Positions 1-10,058 of a stretch of 64,000 bases of DNA are shown one piece after another (within the stretch, counting starts at the first letter, position 1; the number at the start of each line of letters is the position of its first letter). The translations under genes and the position numbers were made by a program. The notes under the pieces were generated by a model. That model was given only the letters and a program-made list of their open reading frames with translations, was not told where the DNA came from and searched no databases. This DNA is from an archaeon (GTDB lineage Archaea; Nanobdellota; Nanobdellia; Parvarchaeales; Parvarchaeaceae), in assembly GCA_037443005.1 (NCBI GenBank), contig JBBIPE010000002.1:6815-70814 (forward strand), in the 5' to 3' direction.

Positions 1-13
1 TGAAAAGACTGGG

Positions 14-3000
14 TTGCTGTCTTCTTCTTCATATCTATGCGGAAATGAGACGAATACTATAAATGAAAATGTAATAAATGGTTGGAGTTGGAGTCCGTAT
101 TCGACCGCAGGATCAATAAATCCTGCGCCAAGCACTAATCCTAGTGGTGTTGCAGAGATCGGAGGATGCGAGGCCGGAAGGGATATATTTATCGCAGAAA
201 AACCAAATATAACATTAAAAGAATATAATAATGATACCTTCCAGGATTTCTATTCATGTGCTTCAGGTTATACAGGGACTATAACTGCATGCAGCCAGAA
301 AAGTTCATTGCTTTCATCTAAGTCGATAAGTAATAGTAGTAATACCTGCTATTCTACAAATGTAACACTTATAAATAGCTCTTTATCTACAAAATCTGTA
401 AATGGTACAAATAATGGTGGGCTTGCAAATTCCTGTAATGCATTTAGTGCCCCTGGTTACATATCACCTACGGTACAGGATGACTGTATAGCTTACCATT
501 TGTCGGTTATAAATTCAACATTTTCCAATTATGAGCTGCAGTATGCCAATTCCAGTGATTATGGTGTTGGCATGGGGGTAATCGGAGGAAGTTATCATCT
601 TAATGTTTCTATACCAAACAGCAAAAAACAGAACTCGGTTAAAGATGCATACCTGACAAGCCTTTCAGAGTCGCAGATAGAGGGCGGCAATGATATCCTT
701 ACAGATCTGCTGCCTTATTCATCATTGGAGTCAAATCTTCCAGGCAAGGCCCTCTCTATATCCGCCTTGTATTCTTTTGACATGCTTAATATATTGATGC
801 TGCAGGACCCATCCTTTGGAGTCAGCGGTATACCCGGTTTTGTAAACGGCAGTATGCTAGATTATGCTTTAAGCATATTTACAGGCGGTACATCCGGTAA
901 CTGCGCTCCGCCATACAATGGAAGTGGAGATGCGATATTCACACTGGGTGAAGGTGAGCTTTGTTCTGGTAAGACTCTCCCTTCAAGCTATAAGGAAGGA
1001 GTATTCCTGTCTTTAGGCACATTAAACGAAGGTTTGCATTCCATTCAGTTTTACAGTATAGGCAACTCCACAGAAGAGGCGGAGCCATCTGTTAATGTAT
1101 TCGACAGTGTCGGAAATGCAGTTGATTTAAACAGTGCCTGCTCAAATGGGAACAGCAGGGTTTTCACTTCAACATATACCGGGGGAAAATGGAGCTTTAA
1201 CATAACTTCTGATCAGCAATGCAATCCTATAAACAACAAGCTTTACGGCTACATAGTCAACTGTATCTACCAGACGCCGGGCAATCAAACGTATACTATT
1301 GCATCACAATATTATCTTGCTTACAACCTGCCGACAGTGTGGAATATAAGCTATTCGCTGTTGGTTTCTCCAAAGAGCTATGAGACGGTTCCTACTCCAG
1401 TATACCAGATAAACTATTCGACAGGATCCATACTTACACTTCAGCAGCCGAACAAAACAGTATTCATAGAGAAGGGCCTTCCAACTGGGTATAAATGGGA
1501 TATGGTCTACGATAAAGTAAACAGATCCTCAACTTCAGATGAGGTATATTTCTATTCAATAGACACTCATTCATTTAAAGTGCAGACTCTTTCAAATCAT
1601 TCTGCGATTACGAATTGTTATACAACATACTCACCAACGCCTTCTTCAGGCAGTGCAACATCCGGGACCACAACTTATATACAGTTTGCCGCAAACACAA
1701 CATGTTACAGTTACTTCAGTGAAACTGGTCTGCCTACAGATTTGAATTGGAATGTGACATATAACAATATAATTGGAAGCTCTTCTAAACCTAAACCATT
1801 AAAAGCAAATTCCGCAGGTGCTGCAATTTCTGTAAACAACAAAGAAATAGAATTTATAACCAACAATTCAGGAAGCTATGGTGGTAATTTCTCTTATTAT
1901 ATATCGGATGTAAAGACAACTTCAGCGGCATGTACAGAGGTATTCGAACCGAAACCTGATTCTGGTTATCTGTTAGCAGGGACAAATCAAAGCATTGTAT
2001 TTACAAAGGTTTCTGATACCTGTGTAACAACATTTAAAGAGAGTGGCCTTCCTTTAAATAAAAAATGGTATGTTAAATACAATGGTAGCAACAAGACAGC
2101 TACAATAAACACAATTACATTCTCTACAGGGCCAGGAAATTTCCAGTATTCTGTAAGTTCTCTATCAAATTCGTCAAATGGATGCACTGAAAGTTATATT
2201 CCAAACGCCACATCCGGTTCTCTTAAAGCGGGCAGCTCTCTAAGTATCAAGTTTTCAACAAGTGAATCCTGCATAACCACGTTTACCGAGAAAAATCTTT
2301 CAAGCGGAGATTCCTGGTCAGTTACATTCGCAGGAACAACAGAATCCTCAACAAGCTCAACTATAACCTTTACAACAGGTTCAGGCTCAGATTCATGGTC
2401 AGCAACAGCATCAAGCATAAGTACATCAACAGGCTGTGCAATCTCATATAATTCACTTTCAGGATCTGCTAATTACGGTTCTTCAGTCAGTGTTTCATTT
2501 TCCGGTTCAACTGCCTGTACAACTACATTTTATCCAGGAAATCTACCAAGTTCGTCTACTTGGTCAATAAGTTATGATGGTGTAAGTGGATCAGCATCTG
2601 GAAATGATCCAATAACTCTAACTACAGGCCCGGGTTCTTTCAATGCTTCTCCAAGTGAAGATTATGATTGTTCAACCGGCGGACAATATGTAACTGCAGG
2701 AACGTCTGCTACATTTTCATCGTGGTCATGCACCACTAACTTTTATGTCTGGACTGGAAGCCCAGAGCCTTTTTCTGAAACCTCCTCCGTTACTTTTAAT
2801 GGTAATTCAAAATCAGACCTATGGAATCCTAAAGTCAAGCTTCCAAACGGAGATGATGGTGAGGAATTCACTTTTAATACTGGTAGTTCATCAAGTACAG
2901 AGTCATGGTCTACCACTAATCCTATAAACGGAATATTTGGCGACTGTCGTTATGGGACGGGATATGATCAGTGGAGCGTAGCAACAAATTATGGTTATTC

Positions 3001-3070
3001 TTCATCAGGTAATACATATCCAGGGGAAAGTGTTTACATATACTATTACTCGCCTAGTTGTCAGGGGTAA
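14..3070 (+). CDS. Large secreted/surface protein, Ser/Thr/Asn-rich, probably 5'-partial
   Basis: 1018-aa ORF. The frame stays open to position 2, so the true start may lie upstream of the window. It has dozens of N-x-S/T sequons, and the C-terminal half is built of six Cys-containing ~82-aa repeats. Confidence 0.7.
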   Translation: MLSSSSYLCGNETNTINENVINGWSWSPYSTAGSINPAPSTNPSGVAEIGGCEAGRDIFIAEKPNITLKEYNNDTFQDFYSCASGYTGTITACSQKSSLLSSKSISNSSNTCYSTNVTLINSSLSTKSVNGTNNGGLANSCNAFSAPGYISPTVQDDCIAYHLSVINSTFSNYELQYANSSDYGVGMGVIGGSYHLNVSIPNSKKQNSVKDAYLTSLSESQIEGGNDILTDLLPYSSLESNLPGKALSISALYSFDMLNILMLQDPSFGVSGIPGFVNGSMLDYALSIFTGGTSGNCAPPYNGSGDAIFTLGEGELCSGKTLPSSYKEGVFLSLGTLNEGLHSIQFYSIGNSTEEAEPSVNVFDSVGNAVDLNSACSNGNSRVFTSTYTGGKWSFNITSDQQCNPINNKLYGYIVNCIYQTPGNQTYTIASQYYLAYNLPTVWNISYSLLVSPKSYETVPTPVYQINYSTGSILTLQQPNKTVFIEKGLPTGYKWDMVYDKVNRSSTSDEVYFYSIDTHSFKVQTLSNHSAITNCYTTYSPTPSSGSATSGTTTYIQFAANTTCYSYFSETGLPTDLNWNVTYNNIIGSSSKPKPLKANSAGAAISVNNKEIEFITNNSGSYGGNFSYYISDVKTTSAACTEVFEPKPDSGYLLAGTNQSIVFTKVSDTCVTTFKESGLPLNKKWYVKYNGSNKTATINTITFSTGPGNFQYSVSSLSNSSNGCTESYIPNATSGSLKAGSSLSIKFSTSESCITTFTEKNLSSGDSWSVTFAGTTESSTSSTITFTTGSGSDSWSATASSISTSTGCAISYNSLSGSANYGSSVSVSFSGSTACTTTFYPGNLPSSSTWSISYDGVSGSASGNDPITLTTGPGSFNASPSEDYDCSTGGQYVTAGTSATFSSWSCTTNFYVWTGSPEPFSETSSVTFNGNSKSDLWNPKVKLPNGDDGEEFTFNTGSSSSTESWSTTNPINGIFGDCRYGTGYDQWSVATNYGYSSSGNTYPGESVYIYYYSPSCQG
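1455..2930 (+). repeat. Six tandem protein-domain repeats (~214-318 nt each) inside the surface protein
   Basis: The core C-x-T-T-F-x-E-x-G-L-P-x4-W-x-V-x-Y recurs starting near nt 1457 (TVFIEKGLPTGYKWDMVY), 1703 (CYSYFSETGLPTDLNWNVTY), 2021 (CVTTFKESGLPLNKKWYVKY), 2269 (CITTFTEKNLSSGDSWSVTF), 2515 (CTTTFYPGNLPSSSTWSISY) and 2729 (CTTNFYVW..., degenerate). Confidence 0.75.
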
Positions 3071-3083
3071 TAATTTGATAAAT

Positions 3084-3692
3084 ATGGAAAATAAAGAAAT
3101 TAGTATACCAGGAAAAAATAACACTAAAAAAATCGCGTTGTTAGCTTTAATAACCGTTATATTCATACTCTTAGTTATAGCAGTATTATTTTATTACCAC
3201 CCATCTAAAAAAGTAACTGTACCTTTTTTAACACAGGAGAATAACCTTCATGTATTCTCCTCTCCGAATATGTCATTCAATTTTACCAATTATTTTATTC
3301 TTGGGAACTCAACACCGAAACTGTCAAATTATTCAAATTCAGCCAGATTATACTTATATTACAATGGATCCCAGAACAATTCTATAGCCATAACTCTGGC
3401 GCAGAATAAACAGAACACCAGCTTTTCCTTTGTGTACAAACTATTAAAAAGCGAATTTAACACCTCAAGCTATTCCTTTAGAAATTTATCTATATCCAAT
3501 TATAGTGCTTTTGAAGTATTATCTAGCAAACCCAGCATAACTTATGCAATTGTTTTTGTCCATGGTCCATCTGATTATTATACTGCGGTAGCCGTTTCAG
3601 ATAATTACAGTAAATATGTTAATATTGTAGATTCTGGATTGAATAAAATTCTTTCAACATTGAATTTTAACTATTCTCCATACCTTAAGTGA
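3084..3692 (+). CDS. N-terminally membrane-anchored, sequon-rich extracellular protein (paralog A)
   Basis: ATG at 3084 (MENKEISIPGKNNTKK) followed by one hydrophobic helix. The track ORF start at 2991 would overlap the upstream gene. It is paralogous to 4023-4562 (shared ...SFNF.N.F....N........YS..ARL......N.S..I.IAQN..N...S.......L... and ...Y....F..GP..YYT...V). Confidence 0.6.
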   Translation: MENKEISIPGKNNTKKIALLALITVIFILLVIAVLFYYHPSKKVTVPFLTQENNLHVFSSPNMSFNFTNYFILGNSTPKLSNYSNSARLYLYYNGSQNNSIAITLAQNKQNTSFSFVYKLLKSEFNTSSYSFRNLSISNYSAFEVLSSKPSITYAIVFVHGPSDYYTAVAVSDNYSKYVNIVDSGLNKILSTLNFNYSPYLK

Positions 3693-3733
3693 TTAAGAGT
3701 TATTATTAAAACCCTAAAATTCTTATAGTTTAC

Positions 3734-4036
3734 ATGTCTGTACAGAATGGCTAGCAGGTTGTAGAAGCTCTTATGACTTACGGCTGGATGATTCTTTTAG
3801 TTGTAGTCGTTGTTGTTATTATATTTTCCTTAGGTATATTCTCACCGTCAAGTTTCGTTTCTCCCTCTTCTACAATAAGCAGTTTTGCAGGTGTGAAAGT
3901 AACAAGTGTAATAGCAAATTACACATATATCGAATTTTCACTTTCAAATGCCCTTCTGTATGTACATCTTCTTAATCAGCGCAGCAAGGTACATCAGTCA
4001 CTTTCTCATAACAGTATTGTGTGTGAAATTAGATAA
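3734..4036 (+). pseudogene. Class III signal peptide (pilin-like) protein interrupted by an in-frame TAG
   Basis: ATG(3734) TCT GTA CAG AAT GGC TAG(3752-3754) CAG GTT GTA GAA GCT CTT ATG ACT TAC GGC TGG reads MSVQNG*QVVEALMTYGWMILLVV. This matches the RAQSALEYMMTYGWAILII N-terminus of the 12160 gene, and the stop sits exactly at the expected G|Q prepilin cleavage site. Confidence 0.55.
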
Positions 4037-4562
4037 AAAAATAAAAATTGCCGGAATAGCGGTTTTGGTAGTTATTATATTTGTTGTTATCTATCTTTAT
4101 TATCCATTATTTTCAAAATTAGTACATCCGAATATTAAAAGCAATGTTTTATCCTTTAATTCCTCTACCCTTTCATTTAATTTCAACGCCAATTTTTCTT
4201 TGGAGAACAATGATAATATACTATCCTCAAAAATATACTCTACTTATGCTAGGTTATTACACAAAGAGAATAGTTCAGTTATTATATCAATTGCCCAAAA
4301 CAGCACCAATTTTACATATTCATACTTCTTCGATACGCTAAAAAATTTATCAGAAAGCAGCAACGTTTCTCTGATTAATACCTCAATCCTTGGATATCCA
4401 AGTGTGATTACATCAATTAATAAAAGCAGCAATTACTATGAACTTATATTTATATACGGGCCTAAAAATTATTATACTTTTTTGCAGGTAAACTCATATA
4501 AAAAGTTTTTTAATGTGACGAACAGTGAGGTTTCCTTTATCTTAAAAAGCATAAGGCTTTAG
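4023..4562 (+). CDS. N-terminally membrane-anchored, sequon-rich extracellular protein (paralog B)
   Basis: In-frame GTG at 4023 (VKLDKKIKIAGIAVLVVIIF) is the likely start; the track start at 3948 would overlap the pilin-like remnant. It has a single TM helix and is a paralog of 3084-3692. Confidence 0.5.
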   Translation: MKLDKKIKIAGIAVLVVIIFVVIYLYYPLFSKLVHPNIKSNVLSFNSSTLSFNFNANFSLENNDNILSSKIYSTYARLLHKENSSVIISIAQNSTNFTYSYFFDTLKNLSESSNVSLINTSILGYPSVITSINKSSNYYELIFIYGPKNYYTFLQVNSYKKFFNVTNSEVSFILKSIRL

Positions 4563-4599
4563 AGTTTAAATTTATTAACCATGAATTTTTAATCTATTT

Positions 4600-5088
4600 A
4601 TGGGAAAAACAGAAGAAATTTTAGTCGGTTTAAACAGTGAACAGAATATAATAATCGGGCAGGCACATTTCATAAAAACTGTTGAAGATTTGTACGAGGC
4701 TTTGATAACTTCTTCTCCCGGAATAAAATTTGGTATAGCGTTTAATGAAGCATCCGGTGATAGACTAATAAGAACTGATGGGAACGACGCAGAACTAACA
4801 AAAGAAAGTATAGAAATAGCAAATAAAATAGGTGCAGGTCATTCTTTTGTTATTCTTATTGAAAATGCCTATCCGATCAATGTTCTTAACAGAATCAAGC
4901 AGGTAATGGAAGTCGTAAATATTTATGCCGCAACCGCCAATCCAGTAAAAGTTCTGGTTTATGATGACGGCAAAGAAGGAAGGGCAATACTTGGAGTTAT
5001 AGATGGAAAGAAACCATTAGGAATAGAGAAAGAATCCGATAAAGAGAAAAGGCATAAATTTTTAAGAGACATAGGCTATAAAAGATAG
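4600..5088 (+). CDS. Adenosine-specific kinase family protein (PF04008-like)
   Basis: 162 aa with [49 protein letters not shown] and RDIGYK, the recognisable pattern of the PAE2307-type family (recalled from memory). Confidence 0.6.
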   Translation: MGKTEEILVGLNSEQNIIIGQAHFIKTVEDLYEALITSSPGIKFGIAFNEASGDRLIRTDGNDAELTKESIEIANKIGAGHSFVILIENAYPINVLNRIKQVMEVVNIYAATANPVKVLVYDDGKEGRAILGVIDGKKPLGIEKESDKEKRHKFLRDIGYKR

Positions 5089-5111
5089 GATTAATTTACA
5101 GTATTTACAAA

Positions 5112-5183
5112 GTCGGGATAGTACAGCGGTAGTACGCCGCCCTCATGAGGCGGAGGTCGAGGGTTCAAATCCCTCTCCCGACA
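5112..5183 (+). tRNA. tRNA with CAU anticodon (elongator Met or Ile2)
   Basis: Cloverleaf folded by eye: acceptor GTCGGGA/TCCCGAC, D arm GTAC-agcggta-GTAC, anticodon arm CCGCC-CTCATGA-GGCGG, T arm GAGGG-TTCAAAT-CCCTC, discriminator A. A T-run follows. Confidence 0.9.
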
Positions 5184-5207
5184 GTTTTTATTGTTTGGTT
5201 TGCTTAA

Positions 5208-5630
5208 ATGATAATGGAATATGCGTTTTTCTGGGGTTTGGTTTCAGGCCTTATAATCGTTTCAATAGTCTCTTTTTTCATCTTGAAGTATTTACTCAAG
5301 AAAAAGATAGAGCGGTGGGAAGAATATGAGATGAAAAAAGCTCTTGAGAAAACCGTAAACATACAAAGACCAGTTTTAAAAGGCAAGATAAGCGAGCAGC
5401 TTTATCCTATTCTCTATGAAAAGGAGGGCAATCTCTCTGATCTGAGGTTTCTTGGTAACCCTGTTGATTATATAAAATTTGAAGGACTTTCGGATTTAAA
5501 TGAAAGCGGGAAAATAAAGATTAAATTTATAGAGATAAAAACAGGAAATGCAAAGCTGAATGAGAATGAAACCGCAGTAAAAAAAGCAGTGGAAGACAAA
5601 GAAGTATACTGGGAAGAATTAACTATATAA
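5208..5630 (+). CDS. TM-anchored protein with Holliday-junction-resolvase-related nuclease-like domain (COG4741-like)
   Basis: N-terminal TM helix and a charged linker, then GNPVDYIKFEG...IKFIEIKTGNAKLNENE, which resembles the D...E-x-K restriction-endonuclease-fold core. Confidence 0.4.
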   Translation: MIMEYAFFWGLVSGLIIVSIVSFFILKYLLKKKIERWEEYEMKKALEKTVNIQRPVLKGKISEQLYPILYEKEGNLSDLRFLGNPVDYIKFEGLSDLNESGKIKIKFIEIKTGNAKLNENETAVKKAVEDKEVYWEELTI

Positions 5631-5698
5631 AAGTGATTAATAAAGATAGAAAATAGCTATTTATAAGAGTTTAAATTTTATAATTGTCTGTAATATAG

Positions 5699-7750
5699 GT
5701 GGATATAAAGAAATTTTTTGAACCTCAGAGCATAGCAGTCATAGGTGCATCCAGAGATCCTAATAAAGTGGGAAGCGCTGTTCTGAAAAATCTGATAATA
5801 ACATTTCGAGGAGAGATATTTCCTGTAAATCCTTTCGTTGAAGAACTGCAGGGTTTAAAGGCATACAAATCAGTTACTAGTATAAAAGAAAAAATAGACA
5901 TAGCTGTTATATCTATTCCTGCCGAAAAGGTTTTGGATATACTAAAGGAGTGCGAAAAAGCAAAGATACTTCTAGCAGTAATACTGAGTGCAGGATTCAA
6001 TGAAATAGGTGGAGATGGAACAAAGAGAGAAGAAGCAATAAAGAAATTTTTATCAAAAGCAAAAATAAGGATAGTAGGGCCTAACTGCCTTGGTATAATA
6101 AATACCGATCCTAATTTTAATGCAACTTTTCTAGATCCAAATTCAAAAGTCGTAAAAGGCAATGCTGGTTTTATATCTCAAAGCGGCGCTTTGTTAAGTG
6201 CTATAGTAGATGACGCATCTACAAACAATATAGGCTTCAGTAAGATAATAAGTATCGGAAATGCCACTGATATAAGTGAAGCTGATATAATAGAGTCATT
6301 TAAGACAGATGAGAAAACAAAAGTTCTGGCTTTATACTTAGAGGGGCTTAACAATGGAGAAGAGTTTCTGAAAGCAGGAATGGAATTCTCAAAGGAAAAA
6401 CCGCTGCTTATATTAAAGGGTGGAAAGTTCAAATCTGCCTCCAGCGCGGTTTCATCGCATACAGGTTCAATGGCAGGTGATTACAAAGCATATGAACTTG
6501 CATTCAAGAGAATCGGTGCAATCTCTGTAGATAATATTGATGATTTATTTAATTTTATGAGGGATGCTCCAAACATCAGGGTGAACTCCGATGAGGTTAT
6601 AATAGTAACCAATGCCGGAGGTGCCGGTGTCGTCACAACTGATCACATTATAAATGCAGGTCTGAAGCTGGCAAAATTCAGTGATAAGATAATTAATGAG
6701 CTTTCAAAGGCATTGCCAAGAGAGGCCAATATACACAATCCAGTAGATATGGTTGGTGATGCGACACCAGAAAGATACAGAGATACTCTTGAGATACTAG
6801 TTCATCAAAACAAGCCTATAATAATACTATTTTCGCCGCAGGAGATGTCACAGCCCTTGGAAACAGCAAAGCAGATTTATGAAATCAGTCAGAGATACCC
6901 TGAAATACCTCTACTGTCCGTTTTTTTAGGTGGCGCCAGGGTGGAGAAAGCAAGAAAGTTCCTTTTGGAGAGAAATCTTCCCATATATAATTACCCGAAT
7001 GAGGCCGTTTCAATGATTAAAGGTTTATACTCTTACTATTCGCACAGAGAGCAGACTTTCAAGGCTATTTCAAAGGACAAATCAAAATACAAGGATTTCA
7101 AGATTAAAAGCGATACATTTGGTATAGACGCCAAAAAGATATTTGATTCAATGGGGATAAAAAGTGCCAATGGCCTGAAGGTAAGTACACTAAAGGATTT
7201 GCTGAAGGCAGTTAGTACAATTAATTATCCGTGCGTCCTGAAGATAGAATCAAATCTGCTTTCCCATAAGAATAAAGTCGGAGCTGTAGTAGTTGGCATA
7301 AAGAATGAGGATGAACTAAAAGCATCCTTTGATAAACTATCAAAAGTCGCAAAGGAGCAGAGCTTAAGCAAGCCTATTTTTGGTATATATGAGGATGTCA
7401 ACAAGTTCGGCGAGAACAAGCTGGAAATTCTGATGGGTGCTCACAGAGATCCACAGTTCGGACCGATGATAGCTCTTGGATTGGGAGGGATATTCGCTAA
7501 TGAGATAAATGACACCACATTTATGCTTTCACAAATTTCAGATCAGGATATAGATGAGTTAAAGCTTTCAAAACTGGGAAGAATAATAAGTCAAGTTGCA
7601 TCGGATCAGGTATTCAATGAACTTATATCATATCTTCTCAAGATAGACCGGTTTATGAACACAAATAAATTGGTAAAGGATCTTGATTTGAACCCCATAA
7701 TACTTTTCAATGACAAGCTTTTTGCCACGGATTTCAAGATATTTGTTTAA
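5699..7750 (+). CDS. acd: ADP-forming acetyl/acyl-CoA synthetase, fused alpha-beta
   Basis: 683 aa. GTG start, N-terminal CoA-binding PQSIAVIGASRDPNKVG, succinyl-CoA-synthetase-like GFISQSGAL, catalytic-His region SSHTGSMAG, and a C-terminal ATP-grasp half. Confidence 0.85.
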   Translation: MDIKKFFEPQSIAVIGASRDPNKVGSAVLKNLIITFRGEIFPVNPFVEELQGLKAYKSVTSIKEKIDIAVISIPAEKVLDILKECEKAKILLAVILSAGFNEIGGDGTKREEAIKKFLSKAKIRIVGPNCLGIINTDPNFNATFLDPNSKVVKGNAGFISQSGALLSAIVDDASTNNIGFSKIISIGNATDISEADIIESFKTDEKTKVLALYLEGLNNGEEFLKAGMEFSKEKPLLILKGGKFKSASSAVSSHTGSMAGDYKAYELAFKRIGAISVDNIDDLFNFMRDAPNIRVNSDEVIIVTNAGGAGVVTTDHIINAGLKLAKFSDKIINELSKALPREANIHNPVDMVGDATPERYRDTLEILVHQNKPIIILFSPQEMSQPLETAKQIYEISQRYPEIPLLSVFLGGARVEKARKFLLERNLPIYNYPNEAVSMIKGLYSYYSHREQTFKAISKDKSKYKDFKIKSDTFGIDAKKIFDSMGIKSANGLKVSTLKDLLKAVSTINYPCVLKIESNLLSHKNKVGAVVVGIKNEDELKASFDKLSKVAKEQSLSKPIFGIYEDVNKFGENKLEILMGAHRDPQFGPMIALGLGGIFANEINDTTFMLSQISDQDIDELKLSKLGRIISQVASDQVFNELISYLLKIDRFMNTNKLVKDLDLNPIILFNDKLFATDFKIFV

Positions 7751-7800
7751 AAAAACTTTCTTTCAATTAACTATTTAAGCTAAAAAATACAAGTTAAGTT

Positions 7801-8073
7801 ATGGCTTTGAAATTGAAAAACGTTGGTTCAACATACGGATTGAAGGTTTATACAGATAATGGCACTTACTTCGGAGAAATAGATGAGGCTATACTTCAGG
7901 ACAACAGGGTAGTTAGCTGGAGGATAAAAGCAAGTTCCTCATCCAATCTTTCAAAGATGATAAGAGGTGCAAAGGGAGCGATAATACAGCACAGTCTTGT
8001 AAGAGCTATAGGAGATATATTTATAATATCAAATATAGTCACAGCTCAGTCCGAAACCGAAAATACAGAGTAG
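7801..8073 (+). CDS. PRC-barrel domain protein
   Basis: 90 aa. GLKVYTDNGTYFGEIDEAILQDNRVVSWRIK plus ...LVRAIGDIFII resembles the PRC-barrel pattern. Confidence 0.4.
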   Translation: MALKLKNVGSTYGLKVYTDNGTYFGEIDEAILQDNRVVSWRIKASSSSNLSKMIRGAKGAIIQHSLVRAIGDIFIISNIVTAQSETENTE

Positions 8074-8132
8074 GAATAAGTTTTTAAGTATGTAAATGCT
8101 TAATTTTAAGTTTCGATAGGGGTAATACTTAC

Positions 8133-10058
8133 ATGGATAATACTTTTAGTATTTCGTTTAAAACAACAGATGATATAAAGATACCTGCCAAGATAGTTGA
8201 TCAAGTCATAGGACAGGAGCAGGCCGTTGAGATAATAAAGAAAGCATCTGTTCAGAGGAGAAATGTATTGCTTGTAGGTGCACCAGGTACCGGTAAAAGC
8301 ATGCTAGGACAAGCGCTTTCACAGCTTTTACCCGCCGAAAAACTTATAGATATACTAGCTTTTCCCAATCCAAAGGATGAGAATGAGCCCATTATAAAGA
8401 CAGTTCCAGCAGGTGAAGGCAAAAGAATAGTCAACCAGGCGAAGGCAAGAAACATGTCATCTCTAGCCGGCGGAAACAATATGATAATCTTTCTAGGATT
8501 TATAGTAGCTTTCTTTATAGCCACTTATGTTGTAAGCATGATAGTCTCGGCGCAGAAAAATCCGATATTGGCGGCGGCAAACCAGATTTCGGGTACTCTT
8601 TTTATAATAACAATGCTTATCGGTTTTCTTTTTGTTTTATTGATGTATAGATTAGGTAGAACTTCACTAAGAACAAATGTGCCGGCACCGAAATTACTGC
8701 TAGATAATTCAGAAGCAAAATATGCGCCATTTGTTGATTCCACAGGTTCAAAAGAAGGTGCTTTGCTTGGAGATGTGCAACATGATCCTTTTCAATCTGG
8801 AGGTTTAGGAACCCCGGCGCATGAACGTGTAGTTCTAGGGGATATACATAAAGCAAACGGTGGTGTATTGTTTATAGATGAGATAGCAAATCTATCAGGA
8901 GAAACTCAAATACAACTGTTGACCGCAATGCAGGAAAAGAAGTTAAGTATCACAGGTAGGAGCGAAAGAAGCGCAGGAGCAATGGTAAAAACTAATCTCG
9001 TTCCATGTGATTTCATACTTGTTGGCGCGGGAAATCCAAACACGCTTACACAGATGAGTCCGGCATTAAGGTCAAGGATAAGGGGATACGGTTATGAGAT
9101 ATACATGAACGAGACAATGCCTGATAATATAGAAAACAGGAATAAGATTGCGAGGTTCGTGGCGCAGGAAATAAATAAAGACAAGAAGATACCTCCGTTT
9201 TCAAAGGATGCTGTTATAGAGATAGTTAATGAAGCGAGAAGAAAATCTAATAGGAAAGAGGCTTTAACTCTTAAATTAAGAGAATTGGGCGGAATAATAC
9301 GCGTTGCTGGGGATATAGCGGTAGAAAGGAAGCATTCCGTAGTAACAGGAGATGATGTTTTAAGTTCAAAGAGCTATGCAGGTTCATTTGAGCAGCAGAT
9401 TGCGGCAAGATACATAAAGGAAAAGAAGGATTATGATGTTATACAAGTTACCGGCTCAAGAATAGGAAGAGTAAATGGTCTTGCGGTTATAGAAAATTCC
9501 GATTCCGGTTTGATGTTGCCAATAGAAGCAATAGTTACAAAAAGCATGAGAAAGGGTGCAGGAGAGATAATTGCAACGGGTAAACTTGGTGAAATTGCAC
9601 AAGAAGCAGTTAAGAATGTATCCGCCGTTGTAAAATTATATTCAAATAAACCGCTTACAGATTATGATATACACATACAGTTTCTTCAGGCTTATTCTGG
9701 TGTTGAGGGTGACAGTGCAAGCGTAAGCGTTGCAATAAGTATATTATCCGCATTGACAAACATTCCAATAAAGCAGTCGGTTGCAATGACCGGTTCTCTT
9801 TCTATATGGGGTGAGGTTTTGCCTGTCGGCGGCGTATCCGCAAAGGTCGAGGCCGCGATAAATGCGGGCATAAAAGAGGTTATAATTCCCGCCTCAAATA
9901 TTGATGATTTAGTACTATCAAATCCAAAAGCTGTAAAGATAATACAGGCAAATACAATAGCAGATGTAATAGAGAATGCACTGGTAAAAAGCGCTCAAAA
10001 GGAAAAGCTGCTTAATGCAATAAAGAAGCTGTTAAAGATAAAATATGCCAAAAAGTAA
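8133..10058 (+). CDS. lonB: Archaeal membrane-bound Lon protease (LonB)
   Basis: Walker A GAPGTGKS, two TM helices inserted in the AAA+ module, Walker B VLFIDEI, and a C-terminal protease domain with VEGDSAS catalytic Ser. Confidence 0.9.
   Translation: MDNTFSISFKTTDDIKIPAKIVDQVIGQEQAVEIIKKASVQRRNVLLVGAPGTGKSMLGQALSQLLPAEKLIDILAFPNPKDENEPIIKTVPAGEGKRIVNQAKARNMSSLAGGNNMIIFLGFIVAFFIATYVVSMIVSAQKNPILAAANQISGTLFIITMLIGFLFVLLMYRLGRTSLRTNVPAPKLLLDNSEAKYAPFVDSTGSKEGALLGDVQHDPFQSGGLGTPAHERVVLGDIHKANGGVLFIDEIANLSGETQIQLLTAMQEKKLSITGRSERSAGAMVKTNLVPCDFILVGAGNPNTLTQMSPALRSRIRGYGYEIYMNETMPDNIENRNKIARFVAQEINKDKKIPPFSKDAVIEIVNEARRKSNRKEALTLKLRELGGIIRVAGDIAVERKHSVVTGDDVLSSKSYAGSFEQQIAARYIKEKKDYDVIQVTGSRIGRVNGLAVIENSDSGLMLPIEAIVTKSMRKGAGEIIATGKLGEIAQEAVKNVSAVVKLYSNKPLTDYDIHIQFLQAYSGVEGDSASVSVAISILSALTNIPIKQSVAMTGSLSIWGEVLPVGGVSAKVEAAINAGIKEVIIPASNIDDLVLSNPKAVKIIQANTIADVIENALVKSAQKEKLLNAIKKLLKIKYAKK

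Noticed and set aside
3752-3754. Possibility that the in-frame TAG is a recoded sense codon (e.g. pyrrolysine or genetic-code change)
   Set aside because: TAG is used as an ordinary terminator by neighbouring genes (4560-4562, 5086-5088, tnpB 22904-22906). No pyl genes or PYLIS-like context are visible in the window.
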